Under the pieces are notes generated by a model. The model searched no databases. It was not told the DNA's origin and was given only the letters and a program-made list of their open reading frames with translations. Made by a program: the position numbers and the translations under genes. Shown here piece after piece: positions 1-9,088 of a DNA stretch of 28,693 nt. Within the stretch, counting starts at the first letter, position 1. The number at the start of each line of letters is the position of its first letter. The stretch comes from a virus. Lineage: Duplodnaviria; Caudoviricetes. The stretch spans positions 1 to 28,693 of IMG/VR virus record IMGVR_UViG_3300017784_002655; one strand, 5' to 3'.

Positions 1-6
1 CTGATG

Positions 7-285
7 TCATTTATTGTTACCTTTCTTTGTTTTTATTGTTTTCTTGAACCAGCTACTAAAGTGTTTACCGTCCAAATTCTGAAGACAGTCGATAATATAA
101 AAAGACATGATGACTGCCGTCATAGTATGTTCTTTCGCTTTATCTAAATACTTTTGGTCTGGGAACATTAAAGTCATTGTTTTATCCGCATTGAGCCTTA
201 ATCCCGTTTCTTCCTTCGAGTCTATCGGCAGGAGATACAGTCTCCCCCGTAGTAGTAATTTTATAGCTTTTAGTATTTCTTTCAT
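7..285 (-). CDS. Hypothetical phage protein (~92 aa; ORF track extends it to 375)
   Basis: AAGGA SD-like sequence precedes the ATG at 285 (MKEILK), and this start removes the overlap with the 308..559 gene. The stop overlaps (ATGA) the start of a further gene at position 10 that runs off the window. Confidence 0.6.
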   Translation of the reverse strand: MKEILKAIKLLLRGRLYLLPIDSKEETGLRLNADKTMTLMFPDQKYLDKAKEHTMTAVIMSFYIIDCLQNLDGKHFSSWFKKTIKTKKGNNK

Positions 286-307
286 TTGGTATTTCCTTTC
301 GAGTTTT

Positions 308-559
308 TTATCCTGCATCCTCATCTGGATCCTGTCCAGCTTTATTTTCGGCTGCTTTTCTGCGTTTGTTTGCATGTTTTACTTCACTGCTAATAATGCC
401 TCGGAACCCCTCTCCGTAGACCATTCCTCGGCGTTTGAAGAAATCATTCATACCCTTATTAAATTTAGCAATCTCTGCCATACTCAGTTCTCGGCTATGC
501 CCCGATACGCCCATACGTACGCTTTCACGTTTTTGCGTTGGGCCGAAGTCATCGCTCAT
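308..559 (-). CDS. Hypothetical protein, 83 aa
   Basis: ATGA overlap with the stop of the upstream gene (556-559); AGAAGCGGGG purine-rich stretch upstream; co-oriented in a tight operon. Confidence 0.65.
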   Translation of the reverse strand: MSDDFGPTQKRESVRMGVSGHSRELSMAEIAKFNKGMNDFFKRRGMVYGEGFRGIISSEVKHANKRRKAAENKAGQDPDEDAG

Positions 560-870
560 TTAATTTTTCCCCGCTTCATCTTGAACAGGAGAAAGGCACA
601 TCGAACTAAAGCCCGCTCCATGTGGGCGATACCACTCTCGCCCAAGGCATCGGGATCGGGGCGGTTACCATCCAGTTGCATTAACGATTGGCAGATATGA
701 GCAATAGCCCTATCTGCGTTGTACCGAATACTGTCCGTGTAGAACCATTGGCCAAAGACACTCTTATCCGACCCAGCTTCCATAATCCGGGTAACAGTAC
801 AGAAAGCCTCCCCAGAGACTTCCGCTATTGACGGGGGATTCCCAAGCTCAGTTTCATTTTGTTGGCTCAA
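556..870 (-). CDS. dATP/dGTP diphosphohydrolase N-terminal-like (DUF5664-type) protein
   Basis: The pattern 'TVTRIMEAGSDK...QW...RAIAHI...PD..GESGIAHMERALVRCAFLL' resembles the family pattern (vl..Ga.KY...nW...a.rHl...D.ESGl.HlahA....fL). Likely TTG start at 870 with AAGGGAG 6 nt upstream; the track start is 915. Confidence 0.6.
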   Translation of the reverse strand: MSQQNETELGNPPSIAEVSGEAFCTVTRIMEAGSDKSVFGQWFYTDSIRYNADRAIAHICQSLMQLDGNRPDPDALGESGIAHMERALVRCAFLLFKMKRGKIK

Positions 871-1039
871 GGGATTCTCCCTTCTGTATGAATTTAGCCA
901 TGATTTTCGCAGCATCTATTTGGCAAGATACCGCTCGAATAGCTATTTCCTCCGAATGAGAAGCAGACTTTCTCATTTGTTTTAACATTAAACTTCCGCG
1001 TTCCAAAGTTTGTACAAGCCAATCTATATCGTATTTCAT
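854..1039 (-). CDS. Hypothetical protein, 61 aa
   Basis: ATG lies 1 nt after the upstream stop; fills the operon; helical-looking sequence. Confidence 0.65.
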   Translation of the reverse strand: MKYDIDWLVQTLERGSLMLKQMRKSASHSEEIAIRAVSCQIDAAKIMAKFIQKGESLEPTK

Positions 1040-1040
1040 T

Positions 1041-1184
1041 TTAATCCATGTTCCTTATCTTGTTAAATATCCACACCATTAATAGTATCGCTGATACTAT
1101 CATGGAGACAGAAACCCCAATTAGAATGGCCCAGAACATAAGTTGAGCGACTAGGTCTCCCAACCATATAAAAAAGCCAGACAT
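1041..1184 (-). CDS. Small membrane protein, 47 aa (not in ORF track)
   Basis: Read by hand: MSGFFIWLGDLVAQLMFWAILIGVSVSMIVSAILLMVWIFNKIRNMD*. AGAGGA SD upstream; fills the gap between neighbours with 1-nt spacers; long hydrophobic stretch. Confidence 0.75.
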   Translation of the reverse strand: MSGFFIWLGDLVAQLMFWAILIGVSVSMIVSAILLMVWIFNKIRNMD

Positions 1185-1185
1185 T

Positions 1186-1380
1186 TTAAGTTTCCTCTTG
1201 TGGGGTTTCTTTAATACCTTCTACCCTATCCATAAGTTCTTCAAATCCTTTTGGGTCCAATGGGTCGCAGGAGAAGATGAGTACCTCAGTTATTCCCGAG
1301 TTCTTATTGATCCCAGTCACTCTTGATTTGTACCACCTACCCGCTAGCCACAGCCAAAACCAGTATAAAATGCTATCCAT
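1186..1380 (-). CDS. Hypothetical protein, 64 aa, Trp-rich hydrophobic N-terminus
   Basis: ORF fills the space between the hairpin and the next gene; N-terminus ILYWFWLWLAGRW. Confidence 0.6.
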   Translation of the reverse strand: MDSILYWFWLWLAGRWYKSRVTGINKNSGITEVLIFSCDPLDPKGFEELMDRVEGIKETPQEET

Positions 1381-1420
1381 AAAAGATGAGAGGCACTGAG
1401 CCGAATAGCCCAGTGCCCCC
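1381..1420 (-). terminator. Probable intrinsic terminator/attenuator after the SSB-like gene
   Basis: On the minus strand GGGGGCACTGGGCT-ATTC-GGCTCAGTGCCTCT forms a 14-bp stem with G-U pairs, followed by CATCTTTT. Confidence 0.7.
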
Positions 1421-1427
1421 CAAAAGA

Positions 1428-2180
1428 TTAACCGAATATTGCTTTCAGTTGTTCACAGCATTCCGGGGAATGCTTACTGCTAATTTTGAGATGAGGCACG
1501 AAGTACGAACCGGATGGGCTCGTACGAATCTTGCTGGTCAACTCATAACATGCGGTGTGCAATCCTGCCTTCAGGAATAGCTGACTGTCCGTAAACACCT
1601 GTTTACCCGCAGACCGGTAGGCGCTCTTCGCCATCAGATACTGAGCCAACCCGTACTGGCTATCCCCGACTGCAAATGGGAATAGGGGGTTGTTCTTATC
1701 TGGTGCCTCGATAGCCACGATTGTCTGGAGGGCTTCGGTATACCTATCGGTATCAGCCTCGGCTTCCGGATCGTTGGCTAGCGCACCACCTGCTGCCCGT
1801 ACATCCGCTAGACGGCTAAAGGTCTTAGCAATCTGGTCGGAACCGTAGACCACATCTTGCATATAGATCTTTTGAATCCGCAAGAACGTGATCTTGGCTG
1901 GCTTCTTCCCGTCACCGATTACCACCTCTCGGTTGTAAACGAATGATCCGGGCTGGAACGTATTCGATAGTTCGCCAGTCTTGGCTACTAGGTTAAGGCG
2001 GGGGACGGTAAAGTCCTTTGCCGAGAATTCACCTTCAACTTGACCCGCCAATGTGTTAACGGCTAGTTGAGCCATCGGAGCTTCGATAATAGCTCCTTCC
2101 TCTTTAAGTTCCTCATTCACTTCCGTCGGTTTGGTTGTTGCTTTGGGTTTGGTTGCTGGTTGAGCAAATGATGTCTTCAT
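1428..2180 (-). CDS. Putative ssDNA-binding/recombination accessory protein
   Basis: 250 aa with disordered N-terminus, 'DFTVPRLNLV' motif and beta-rich body ending 'GSYFVP'. It sits directly downstream of the DUF2800-like nuclease, where SSB-type genes commonly lie. Function inferred. Confidence 0.5.
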   Translation of the reverse strand: MKTSFAQPATKPKATTKPTEVNEELKEEGAIIEAPMAQLAVNTLAGQVEGEFSAKDFTVPRLNLVAKTGELSNTFQPGSFVYNREVVIGDGKKPAKITFLRIQKIYMQDVVYGSDQIAKTFSRLADVRAAGGALANDPEAEADTDRYTEALQTIVAIEAPDKNNPLFPFAVGDSQYGLAQYLMAKSAYRSAGKQVFTDSQLFLKAGLHTACYELTSKIRTSPSGSYFVPHLKISSKHSPECCEQLKAIFG

Positions 2181-2186
2181 ATTTGT

Positions 2187-3278
2187 TTAGTTTGTTTCTT
2201 TGGTTTTTGCCAAGTAGGTCACCTCTCCTCCGCCTTTCAATAGATTGGCTTCGTTGAGTTTGTCCTCCAAGGCTTGTTTTGCTTGTTGTTTTTGGCCACG
2301 CGGAAATGTTTCCGCGTAGGCTTTTTCAAGCTTGCTCCACGAAATCGTGGCACAAGCCGAAAATTGTTCAGGGGTTAATTTTTCTTTGATGATGTCGTAT
2401 GTTTGTGTTGGGTCAATGATTTCTTTTTTACCTGCACGAGTTTTGAGTTCATAGCCTGGGATCTCACAACCCGACATACGGTAGTCCATATTGGATTTCT
2501 TGACGCTGTCGCACCACCTCTCCATAACACGTCTGATAGATTCTGCTTGCGACCTCTGGTCAGGAGTCGCAAGAGTAAGCGGGTCCGATAGTACCGAGAG
2601 CTCTGCGTCTCGCAACACGTCGTATTGTTTACTGATAACGAGTGCTTTGTTATGAAGTGCTTTACAGGTTCCTTTGTTTCCACAATATAAACATCCTTTC
2701 TCTGTCGGATTTAACTCCGGGTTTGGTTGTTGAGCCCTAGCGATAATGGTTTCAACTCGGAGCCTAAGGCGTTCGTAATCTTTGTCACGACTAAAAGTGT
2801 GTCTACTGATCATATTTATTCTTGGTTGGGCGAACACAACTTCGACCGCTTCAATAGTTTTCCATTTCTCGAATACGCCTACGGCGTATGCCCAGCCTTG
2901 AATGTTCTCTTCTGCGTCGTCTACGGGGTGCCATCCGAATTTAGCGTCTCCTATTTTTGCGTAACGTTTTCCAACGAGAACGATATCAGCAGTGCCGAAT
3001 GTCTTGCCGTCCGCAATCACTAATTTAGTTTCCGGAAGATCGTGCACGATAAGCCCAAGCTCGTTTCGCATCTCTTGGAAAACATCCGCAACCATTAGCA
3101 CACTCTTCTTCTGCCATTCGTCTAGGTTCTCGTAGTTACCAGTCTCCAATGCTAAATGCATCATGGTACCCTCTAGGGCTGCGATAGAACCTCCCTCACT
3201 TGGTTGCGGTTCATTGTCCCATCCGGGGCAAATCTCCCTCCACTTAAGTGAACTTGGTCCGTATTTATGGTGGCTCAT
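2187..3278 (-). CDS. DUF2800 / Cas4-like PD-(D/E)XK exonuclease
   Basis: PSS..W..CPG, GT.MH..LE, FGTADIV, IGDAKFG, Q...YA.G and CLYC.....C motifs (one N-terminal plus three later Cys, the Fe-S staple pattern). Confidence 0.85.
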   Translation of the reverse strand: MSHHKYGPSSLKWREICPGWDNEPQPSEGGSIAALEGTMMHLALETGNYENLDEWQKKSVLMVADVFQEMRNELGLIVHDLPETKLVIADGKTFGTADIVLVGKRYAKIGDAKFGWHPVDDAEENIQGWAYAVGVFEKWKTIEAVEVVFAQPRINMISRHTFSRDKDYERLRLRVETIIARAQQPNPELNPTEKGCLYCGNKGTCKALHNKALVISKQYDVLRDAELSVLSDPLTLATPDQRSQAESIRRVMERWCDSVKKSNMDYRMSGCEIPGYELKTRAGKKEIIDPTQTYDIIKEKLTPEQFSACATISWSKLEKAYAETFPRGQKQQAKQALEDKLNEANLLKGGGEVTYLAKTKETN

Positions 3279-4549
3279 AGTATTGCTCCTAATGTGTCCC
3301 CGTCCGATAGTGCTTCGATGTTTCGAAGTTTTCTTCGGAGGCTCCTAGCGATTTGTGTTTCGACGGTTCCGTTTGCGAAAAGCAAGTATTGCCTACTGGG
3401 AGACAAAGCTCCCGCACGATGGATTCTTCCGAGAGCCTGCTTGGTATCGATCGCCGAGTACGTTGGCGCGATAAGACTGATTCTTGGTACTCCTTGCAGG
3501 TCATGTAGGGACAATCCAACACCACCCGCCTGAATCATGCAAGCACATATTTTTACTTTGTTTGCTTGGAAGTCCGCGATATTTTGTACACGGTCTTCAT
3601 CCTTCTGATCGCCGATGATTTCTGCCGATTCCTCTCTGACAAGCTTTCGGTATGCTTCAAGCGATTGTCGAAAATTGAAGAAAGCCACGACAGCATTTCC
3701 TTCCGCAAGGGCTTGTTCCGTGAGTTCGACAAAGACAGGAACACGCATCAACTCCGCTTTTTGTCTTGCCCGGAGTTTGATCGTGAGCGGGTTTTCGCTT
3801 TTCCTTTTGCCCGCGAGTTCCGCAAGTTCTTCCCGCATTGTTTCGTAGATTTTGTCGACGTCCCCCATGTCGTATGTGTCAGCGAACACGGAGTTGCTTG
3901 GGAAAGCGTCCCCGAGGTCAGCGATTCGGATGCGGTGTCCTTTCTCCGGAAAAATAGATCTGTGAATTTCTTGTAGCATTTTCTTTCCGCCCATGAAAGC
4001 CAGACCACGGCCCCATGGGGCAGGTCGACAACCCATCTTGTAATTCCACCGGTAGAAGTCGTGGTATTCATGTAGGCCCAACATGAACCCCGTCGCTCGC
4101 ATGTCCAGCGGATTCTCTGCGGCAGTCGCGGATAGCATTAGTACTGGATGCTTCTTTGACCCCGTAAGTATTTTAGCATTAACGCTTGTTGCCCCCTTGC
4201 ACCTGTGGACTTCGTCAAAAATTAAAAGTTTAACTCCTTTGAAAGACCACTCCCAACTCTTGGCGTCGTTCCATTTTCCAAACTTTGTCTTACCCGTTTT
4301 TAGCTTTTCGTAGTTTATAACGTCATGCGTTATACCCCCTTGGTTCAGCCACTCTTTCCAAGATGGGATAACTGCTTTCGGGCAGATGACGATGACGTCC
4401 GCTTTTAATTGTTGAGCTAACCAAACTGCTTTAGCCGTTTTACCCGTGCCAGTATCGCTGGCGTCTAGCGCGACATTATTCTTCCGAAGGCTTTGTAATA
4501 GTGCTTCCGCTCCCGCCTTCTGCCATTCGAAGAGTGTGATGGATTCCAT
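3275..4549 (-). CDS. Superfamily 2 (SNF2-like) DNA helicase
   Basis: Walker A DTGTGKT, DEVH box, motif III SAT, motif V AGGVGLSL, motif VI QALGRIHR. Confidence 0.93.
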   Translation of the reverse strand: MESITLFEWQKAGAEALLQSLRKNNVALDASDTGTGKTAKAVWLAQQLKADVIVICPKAVIPSWKEWLNQGGITHDVINYEKLKTGKTKFGKWNDAKSWEWSFKGVKLLIFDEVHRCKGATSVNAKILTGSKKHPVLMLSATAAENPLDMRATGFMLGLHEYHDFYRWNYKMGCRPAPWGRGLAFMGGKKMLQEIHRSIFPEKGHRIRIADLGDAFPSNSVFADTYDMGDVDKIYETMREELAELAGKRKSENPLTIKLRARQKAELMRVPVFVELTEQALAEGNAVVAFFNFRQSLEAYRKLVREESAEIIGDQKDEDRVQNIADFQANKVKICACMIQAGGVGLSLHDLQGVPRISLIAPTYSAIDTKQALGRIHRAGALSPSRQYLLFANGTVETQIARSLRRKLRNIEALSDGDTLGAIL

Positions 4550-4985
4550 ACTCGAGTATCAATAGTGCATCTGCCGTAGATAATGTCACGCTTAAAGTTG
4601 GGAATCTTCTTTGAGCTTCAGCCTTCAACTTGTTCTTCCATTCCGTCTTGCTCGCCATACTTTTGCTATTCCCCAGACTCAAAGCTTTCTGCCAAGTCTG
4701 TGGTCTTACCATTTCAATCCTATAGTTTAAAGACATAGCCACCCCCAATAGGAATCCAAAGCCCCTACCGAAATTAAACATCGCCGATCCCGGACTACCC
4801 ACCCCTCCTATATACCCACCGACTTGTTCTATAAATATGGTGTCGTGGTAGGTTTTGAGATTGCGTAATAGGTTGAGCACGTCGCCCTCCGTCTCGGGCA
4901 TCTTAACTGCGCTCACACTCCCGTTGACTGTCATGCTCGCTATGCCACCACTCGCTCCAGGATCGACTGCAATCATCCGTACCAT
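4476..4985 (-). CDS. RuvC-like Holliday junction resolvase
   Basis: IAVDPGASGG (catalytic Asp), IFIEQV, SAMFNFG, VRPQTWQK and ADALLI motifs. Start placed at ATG 4985 because the track extension to 5132 overlaps the terminase. Confidence 0.85.
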   Translation of the reverse strand: MVRMIAVDPGASGGIASMTVNGSVSAVKMPETEGDVLNLLRNLKTYHDTIFIEQVGGYIGGVGSPGSAMFNFGRGFGFLLGVAMSLNYRIEMVRPQTWQKALSLGNSKSMASKTEWKNKLKAEAQRRFPTLSVTLSTADALLILEYGIHHTLRMAEGGSGSTITKPSEE

Positions 4986-5034
4986 CTCGTACGAAAAGAG
5001 TGGCTTGCCAAGCTCAATCTGATATCTTGGCCCC
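4986..5034. promoter_or_regulatory. Divergent promoter region between replication and morphogenesis arms
   Basis: 49-bp strand switch. TATCTT (5023-5028) lies 6 nt before the terminase GTG with no SD, as expected for a leaderless start. Dyads TCGTACGA (4987-4994) and GCTTG-C-CAAGC (5003-5013). Confidence 0.55.
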
Positions 5035-6735
5035 GTGCCCCAAATCGAGAAGTATGGTCGTATATGGCCTGAGGGAGCGACTCCCCTGACAATCGAGTTA
5101 CTTGCTTTCCGAGAGGGAATCACCATGGACAAGGGCGGGCTCGGGAAAGAACAACACTTTTGGAATGTCGTAGAAATGCTTTGGCCGTACCACCCAAAGA
5201 AAAATCCGCAAGGGTTCCAAAGAAATCCTTGGGCTGACGATCAAATCGTTGAACTTTGTAAGTGGGAGTACTTGGGTATCTCTGGGCCTAAGTCCTCCGC
5301 AAAGACGGAGGTGGTTGGGTTGTGGGGATTGGTGAATTGGTATTCCGCTCCGTACGATACTCTTGTTCTAGTCACCACCACATCTGTTCGGGAGGCTCGC
5401 AAGCGTATGTGGGGTCGAGTCCGTGAGCGTCATATGCAAGCAAAGATTATGCCCGGCAAACTTGTCGACTCGATGGGGAAGCTTGTATTGGAAGAAGGTA
5501 GTAGCGATCGATCGAGCATAACCCTTGTGCCTTCCGCCAAAGATAAAGAAAAGGAAGCGTCTGAGAAACTGCTCGGCCTGAAGAACAAACGGGTATTCCT
5601 TTTAGTAGACGAAGCCACGGACGTATCCCCTGCCATCTTTGAGGCAATCGCCAACCTTTCCGCCAACCCCTACTTCCAATGTGTCGCCTGTGGTAATTTT
5701 AATTCAGCCTACGATCCGTTCGGTCAGTTCGTTACGCCGAAAGAAGGTTGGCAGTCGATTACTGTTGAGGCGGATGGTTGGGAAACGAAGGACGGTTTTT
5801 GTCTACATCTGGACGGAGAGAAAACGCCCAACCTAGACCATGATGATAAGTGGCCGTTCTTACTTACGGGCAAGAAGCTAGAAGAGGACCGGAAGCGTCT
5901 TGGTGAGAACTCCCTATCGTACTGGAGATTTATTCGTTCCTTCCCAGCCCCAGCGGGCTCGGAAGAGAATATATACAGCGAGGCCGATCTCCGTAAGTTC
6001 GAGGCGCATAAGCCAGCTATGTGGGTAGGGGCTAAACAACCGATCCCAGTAGCGGGTTTTGATCCGGGCTTCACCAGCGGGGGAGATAGGTCTATCCTCT
6101 TTTTGGGGAAATACGGGGAAACGGATGCGGGCATGACTGTGAATTTCGATAAGTATGTTGAGCTAAGGGAGAATTCCTCTTTAAGGGACAGCCCTCGTAA
6201 CTACCAGATTGCTCAAGCCTTAAAGGTAGAATGTGAGAAGTACGGGGTGCTCCCAAGATATCTAGCAGTCGATGCTACAGGTGCGGGAGACCCCCTGTGC
6301 GACATCATAGCTACCATTTGGAGCCCCTCGTTACTTCGTGTGAAATTCTCTGAGAGACCAAGCAATATGCCAGTTAGCCGAACCTCTCGCATAAAGGCAG
6401 ATGAGTCCTACGGAAACCGAGTATCTGAACTTTGGTACGTCGGGCGAGAGTTCTTACGAGCTGGGCAGATTCGTGGGGTTACTATCGACTTGGCCAAGGA
6501 GCTGGTAGCCAGACAATACCGTACCGCAGAACGCGGTAAAATCTTCGTTGAGCCGAAACGGGATATGAAAGCTAGGTTTGGGAAGTCGCCAGATATAGCA
6601 GACGCAGCCTTTTTGATGCTGGATGCTTGTCGCCAAAGAGCTAGTGCTATAGCTGGGACTACTGTGGCTGGGGGTGGGAAATACAAAAACTTCTTAGATT
6701 TCGCTAAAAAGGTAGACTCGCTACTATATTCTTGA
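5035..6735 (+). CDS. terL: Terminase large subunit
   Basis: Walker A-like GPKSSAKT, Walker B VFLLVDEA, coupling motif ACGN, RNase H-like nuclease motifs AGFDPG, LAVDATG and SPDIADA; located upstream of the portal. Confidence 0.92.
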   Translation: MPQIEKYGRIWPEGATPLTIELLAFREGITMDKGGLGKEQHFWNVVEMLWPYHPKKNPQGFQRNPWADDQIVELCKWEYLGISGPKSSAKTEVVGLWGLVNWYSAPYDTLVLVTTTSVREARKRMWGRVRERHMQAKIMPGKLVDSMGKLVLEEGSSDRSSITLVPSAKDKEKEASEKLLGLKNKRVFLLVDEATDVSPAIFEAIANLSANPYFQCVACGNFNSAYDPFGQFVTPKEGWQSITVEADGWETKDGFCLHLDGEKTPNLDHDDKWPFLLTGKKLEEDRKRLGENSLSYWRFIRSFPAPAGSEENIYSEADLRKFEAHKPAMWVGAKQPIPVAGFDPGFTSGGDRSILFLGKYGETDAGMTVNFDKYVELRENSSLRDSPRNYQIAQALKVECEKYGVLPRYLAVDATGAGDPLCDIIATIWSPSLLRVKFSERPSNMPVSRTSRIKADESYGNRVSELWYVGREFLRAGQIRGVTIDLAKELVARQYRTAERGKIFVEPKRDMKARFGKSPDIADAAFLMLDACRQRASAIAGTTVAGGGKYKNFLDFAKKVDSLLYS

Positions 6736-6769
6736 CCCTGACCCCGTAATTGAGTACTTAGAGTTTAAC

Positions 6770-9061
6770 GTGGACCAAAACCTAGAAACGATTTCCCCCG
6801 CTGGGAAGCCACCAAAATCGAGGATTAAAGATGCTAAAGCAGCTTTTTCGATATATACCAACCTTCTTGACGCCGATATGGAGAGCGCTGCTCAAAGGGT
6901 CAGAGTTCAAGCGATGCTCGATGGTGAGCCACCGTATAATCCGTCCACTCTGCGGAATCTCGGCCAGTCTTATCGTTCGAATTTAAACTTCCTAGAAGCC
7001 TCTGCCGACCTCGAGTACGCTCTCACGGCTTATTCGGATCTTGTAAACGGGGTTCCACAACTCGCGCTGGTTAAAACTAGTTACGGAGACGATACCCAGC
7101 GGGGCAACTACGGGCAGGTTATCTCAGAAGAGTTCGATAGGGTTCTGCGAAAGGACTGGGACGAGTTTTTCTATAGCCAACAGAGACTCGCCCATGAGTT
7201 TGTGTCTTACGGCGTTGGTTTCACTTTCTTCGAGGACGATACAGATTGGAGATGGAAAGTGGCAGGGTTGCGAGATTTTTACGTGCCTCGCGGAATCCCA
7301 GCCTCGGATAGCCGGATTGAGTTCTGTTGCGCTCGCCGAAGCTACTACGCCCATGAGCTCTATCAGTATATCAAAGACCCCAAGGCGGCTAGGGCTGTTG
7401 GTTGGGATGTGGACGAAGCCAGAAAAGCGATCATTACCGCAGTCCCCGCAGACGTTGCCGGAACAAGGCTCGAGTGGGAAGAAATCCAAGTCATGCTTAA
7501 AGACAACGACCTTTCTTTGTCTTTTGCCCGATCCGCTGAGATTCAAACTATTCACTATTATTTCTTAGAGTTCGACGGCAGGGTGACTCATTGTATTGGT
7601 TTGCGTGACGGGTCCAATATAAACTTTTTGTATCGTAAAGATGGGAGATTCGAAAACATAAACCAAGCTTTGGTTTTATTTACTTACGGGATCGGAACAA
7701 ATGGAACTCTCCATTCGATTCGTGGTCTGGCTTACAAGATCTACCCGCACATTCAAGTTAATAACCGCTTGAGGAACGCGATTATTGATTCCACTTTGCT
7801 CTCCACCTCCGTGATGATCCAACCGCAGACGATGGATGATCTTCAGAATTTAACTATCGCGTATAACGGACCGATGGCCATTCTACCGCCAAACCTTAAT
7901 ATTGTTGAAAGAACCTCTCCCAATCTCGCCAACAACGCTCTGCCCATCGCCCAAGAACTTTCTTCTATTCGGCGCAACAATACGGGAAGCTACGCCTCTC
8001 AGGTTATCAGTTCATCTTCTCAGGAACGCACAGCCACCGAGGTAAGTGCTCAGCTAGAGAGGGAAGCAGTACTCTCTACGCAAGCTCAGAATTTCTATTA
8101 TGTTCCTTGGGGTAAACTTCTCAAAGAACAGTTTCGTCGTTTGGCTCGGGGAAATTGGAAAGATACCGAACCCGGTGGCAAAATCGCTCTAGAGTTCCAT
8201 AAGAGGATTCGGGCTCGGGGAGTTCCCTTGGAGGCTCTGAAAAAGGTTTATGATGTTACCCCGATGAAAGCGGTTGGTTACGGTAGCGCCCAAGCCCGTC
8301 TACTCGCGTACAACGAATTTATGCAGATGATTCCGATGCTCGACGAAACAGGTCGTGCGAATGTTGTGAGAGATCGTATCGCGGTTCGTGTTGGCTACGA
8401 CCAAGTCGATAGGTATGCTCCTCCTTCCGCCGTTCCCCAGAGGTTACCAATTGACGCCAAGATTGCGGAGTTGGAGAATGACTCTATGCAAGGCGGGCGT
8501 GGGGTTACCGTCCAAGCTGGCGAGAACCACGCGGTTCATCTTCAAGTCCACGGAACAGATGCTGTTCGATTCCTACAAGGAATTGGACAAGGAACAATTG
8601 CTCCCGTTGAGGCTTTCAAATATCTCTCCCTTTCTGGACCACATATGGCTTCGCATTTGCAACAGATAGCTGCCGACGTCTCTCGGCAAGCTATGGTTGG
8701 ACAGTTTAAAGATATCATCAATAAAGTTAATCAAGCTGTGCAGAGACTGGGAGAAAGCCTCGCTAGCGAACAGAGGCAACAACAAGAGGACATGGCTAAG
8801 ATGCAACAGCAACAAGTTCAGGATGCCATGCAGATGCAGATCAATGATGTTAAGGGTAAGTTGCAAGCTGAGTACGCCGTTAAGATTGCGAAAGTACAAG
8901 CAGACGCTCAGATTGATAGGGCAGCTTCGGACGCCAAGATCGCCATCAAGAGTGAAGAAGCTCGGCAACGTATGGCTCTCCGAGATGCCCAGACAGCCCA
9001 GCGGTTGCGGGCTCAGTCCGAAAAGAATCGTTTATCTGCCGAAAAGAAAAGTCTTGCTTAA
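6770..9061 (+). CDS. Portal protein
   Basis: 763 aa directly after TerL; 'ERTATEV' motif typical of podovirus-type portals; long Q-rich coiled-coil C-terminus reminiscent of a P22-like barrel. Confidence 0.85.
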   Translation: MDQNLETISPAGKPPKSRIKDAKAAFSIYTNLLDADMESAAQRVRVQAMLDGEPPYNPSTLRNLGQSYRSNLNFLEASADLEYALTAYSDLVNGVPQLALVKTSYGDDTQRGNYGQVISEEFDRVLRKDWDEFFYSQQRLAHEFVSYGVGFTFFEDDTDWRWKVAGLRDFYVPRGIPASDSRIEFCCARRSYYAHELYQYIKDPKAARAVGWDVDEARKAIITAVPADVAGTRLEWEEIQVMLKDNDLSLSFARSAEIQTIHYYFLEFDGRVTHCIGLRDGSNINFLYRKDGRFENINQALVLFTYGIGTNGTLHSIRGLAYKIYPHIQVNNRLRNAIIDSTLLSTSVMIQPQTMDDLQNLTIAYNGPMAILPPNLNIVERTSPNLANNALPIAQELSSIRRNNTGSYASQVISSSSQERTATEVSAQLEREAVLSTQAQNFYYVPWGKLLKEQFRRLARGNWKDTEPGGKIALEFHKRIRARGVPLEALKKVYDVTPMKAVGYGSAQARLLAYNEFMQMIPMLDETGRANVVRDRIAVRVGYDQVDRYAPPSAVPQRLPIDAKIAELENDSMQGGRGVTVQAGENHAVHLQVHGTDAVRFLQGIGQGTIAPVEAFKYLSLSGPHMASHLQQIAADVSRQAMVGQFKDIINKVNQAVQRLGESLASEQRQQQEDMAKMQQQQVQDAMQMQINDVKGKLQAEYAVKIAKVQADAQIDRAASDAKIAIKSEEARQRMALRDAQTAQRLRAQSEKNRLSAEKKSLA

Positions 9062-9088
9062 TTTTCGGATTCTGCGACAAACGTATTG

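Noticed and set aside
107-700. 197-aa hydrophobic plus-strand ORF
   Set aside because: Antisense shadow of three tightly packed minus-strand genes; the hydrophobicity follows from the reverse complement of Lys/Glu-rich codons.
2187-3278. Cas4-like nuclease as evidence of a CRISPR system
   Set aside because: No repeat-spacer array or other cas genes are visible; DUF2800-type nucleases are common phage replication genes.
4986-5132. N-terminal extension of the RuvC-like ORF given in the track
   Set aside because: It overlaps the terminase head-to-head, and RuvC folds begin a few residues before the DPG motif.
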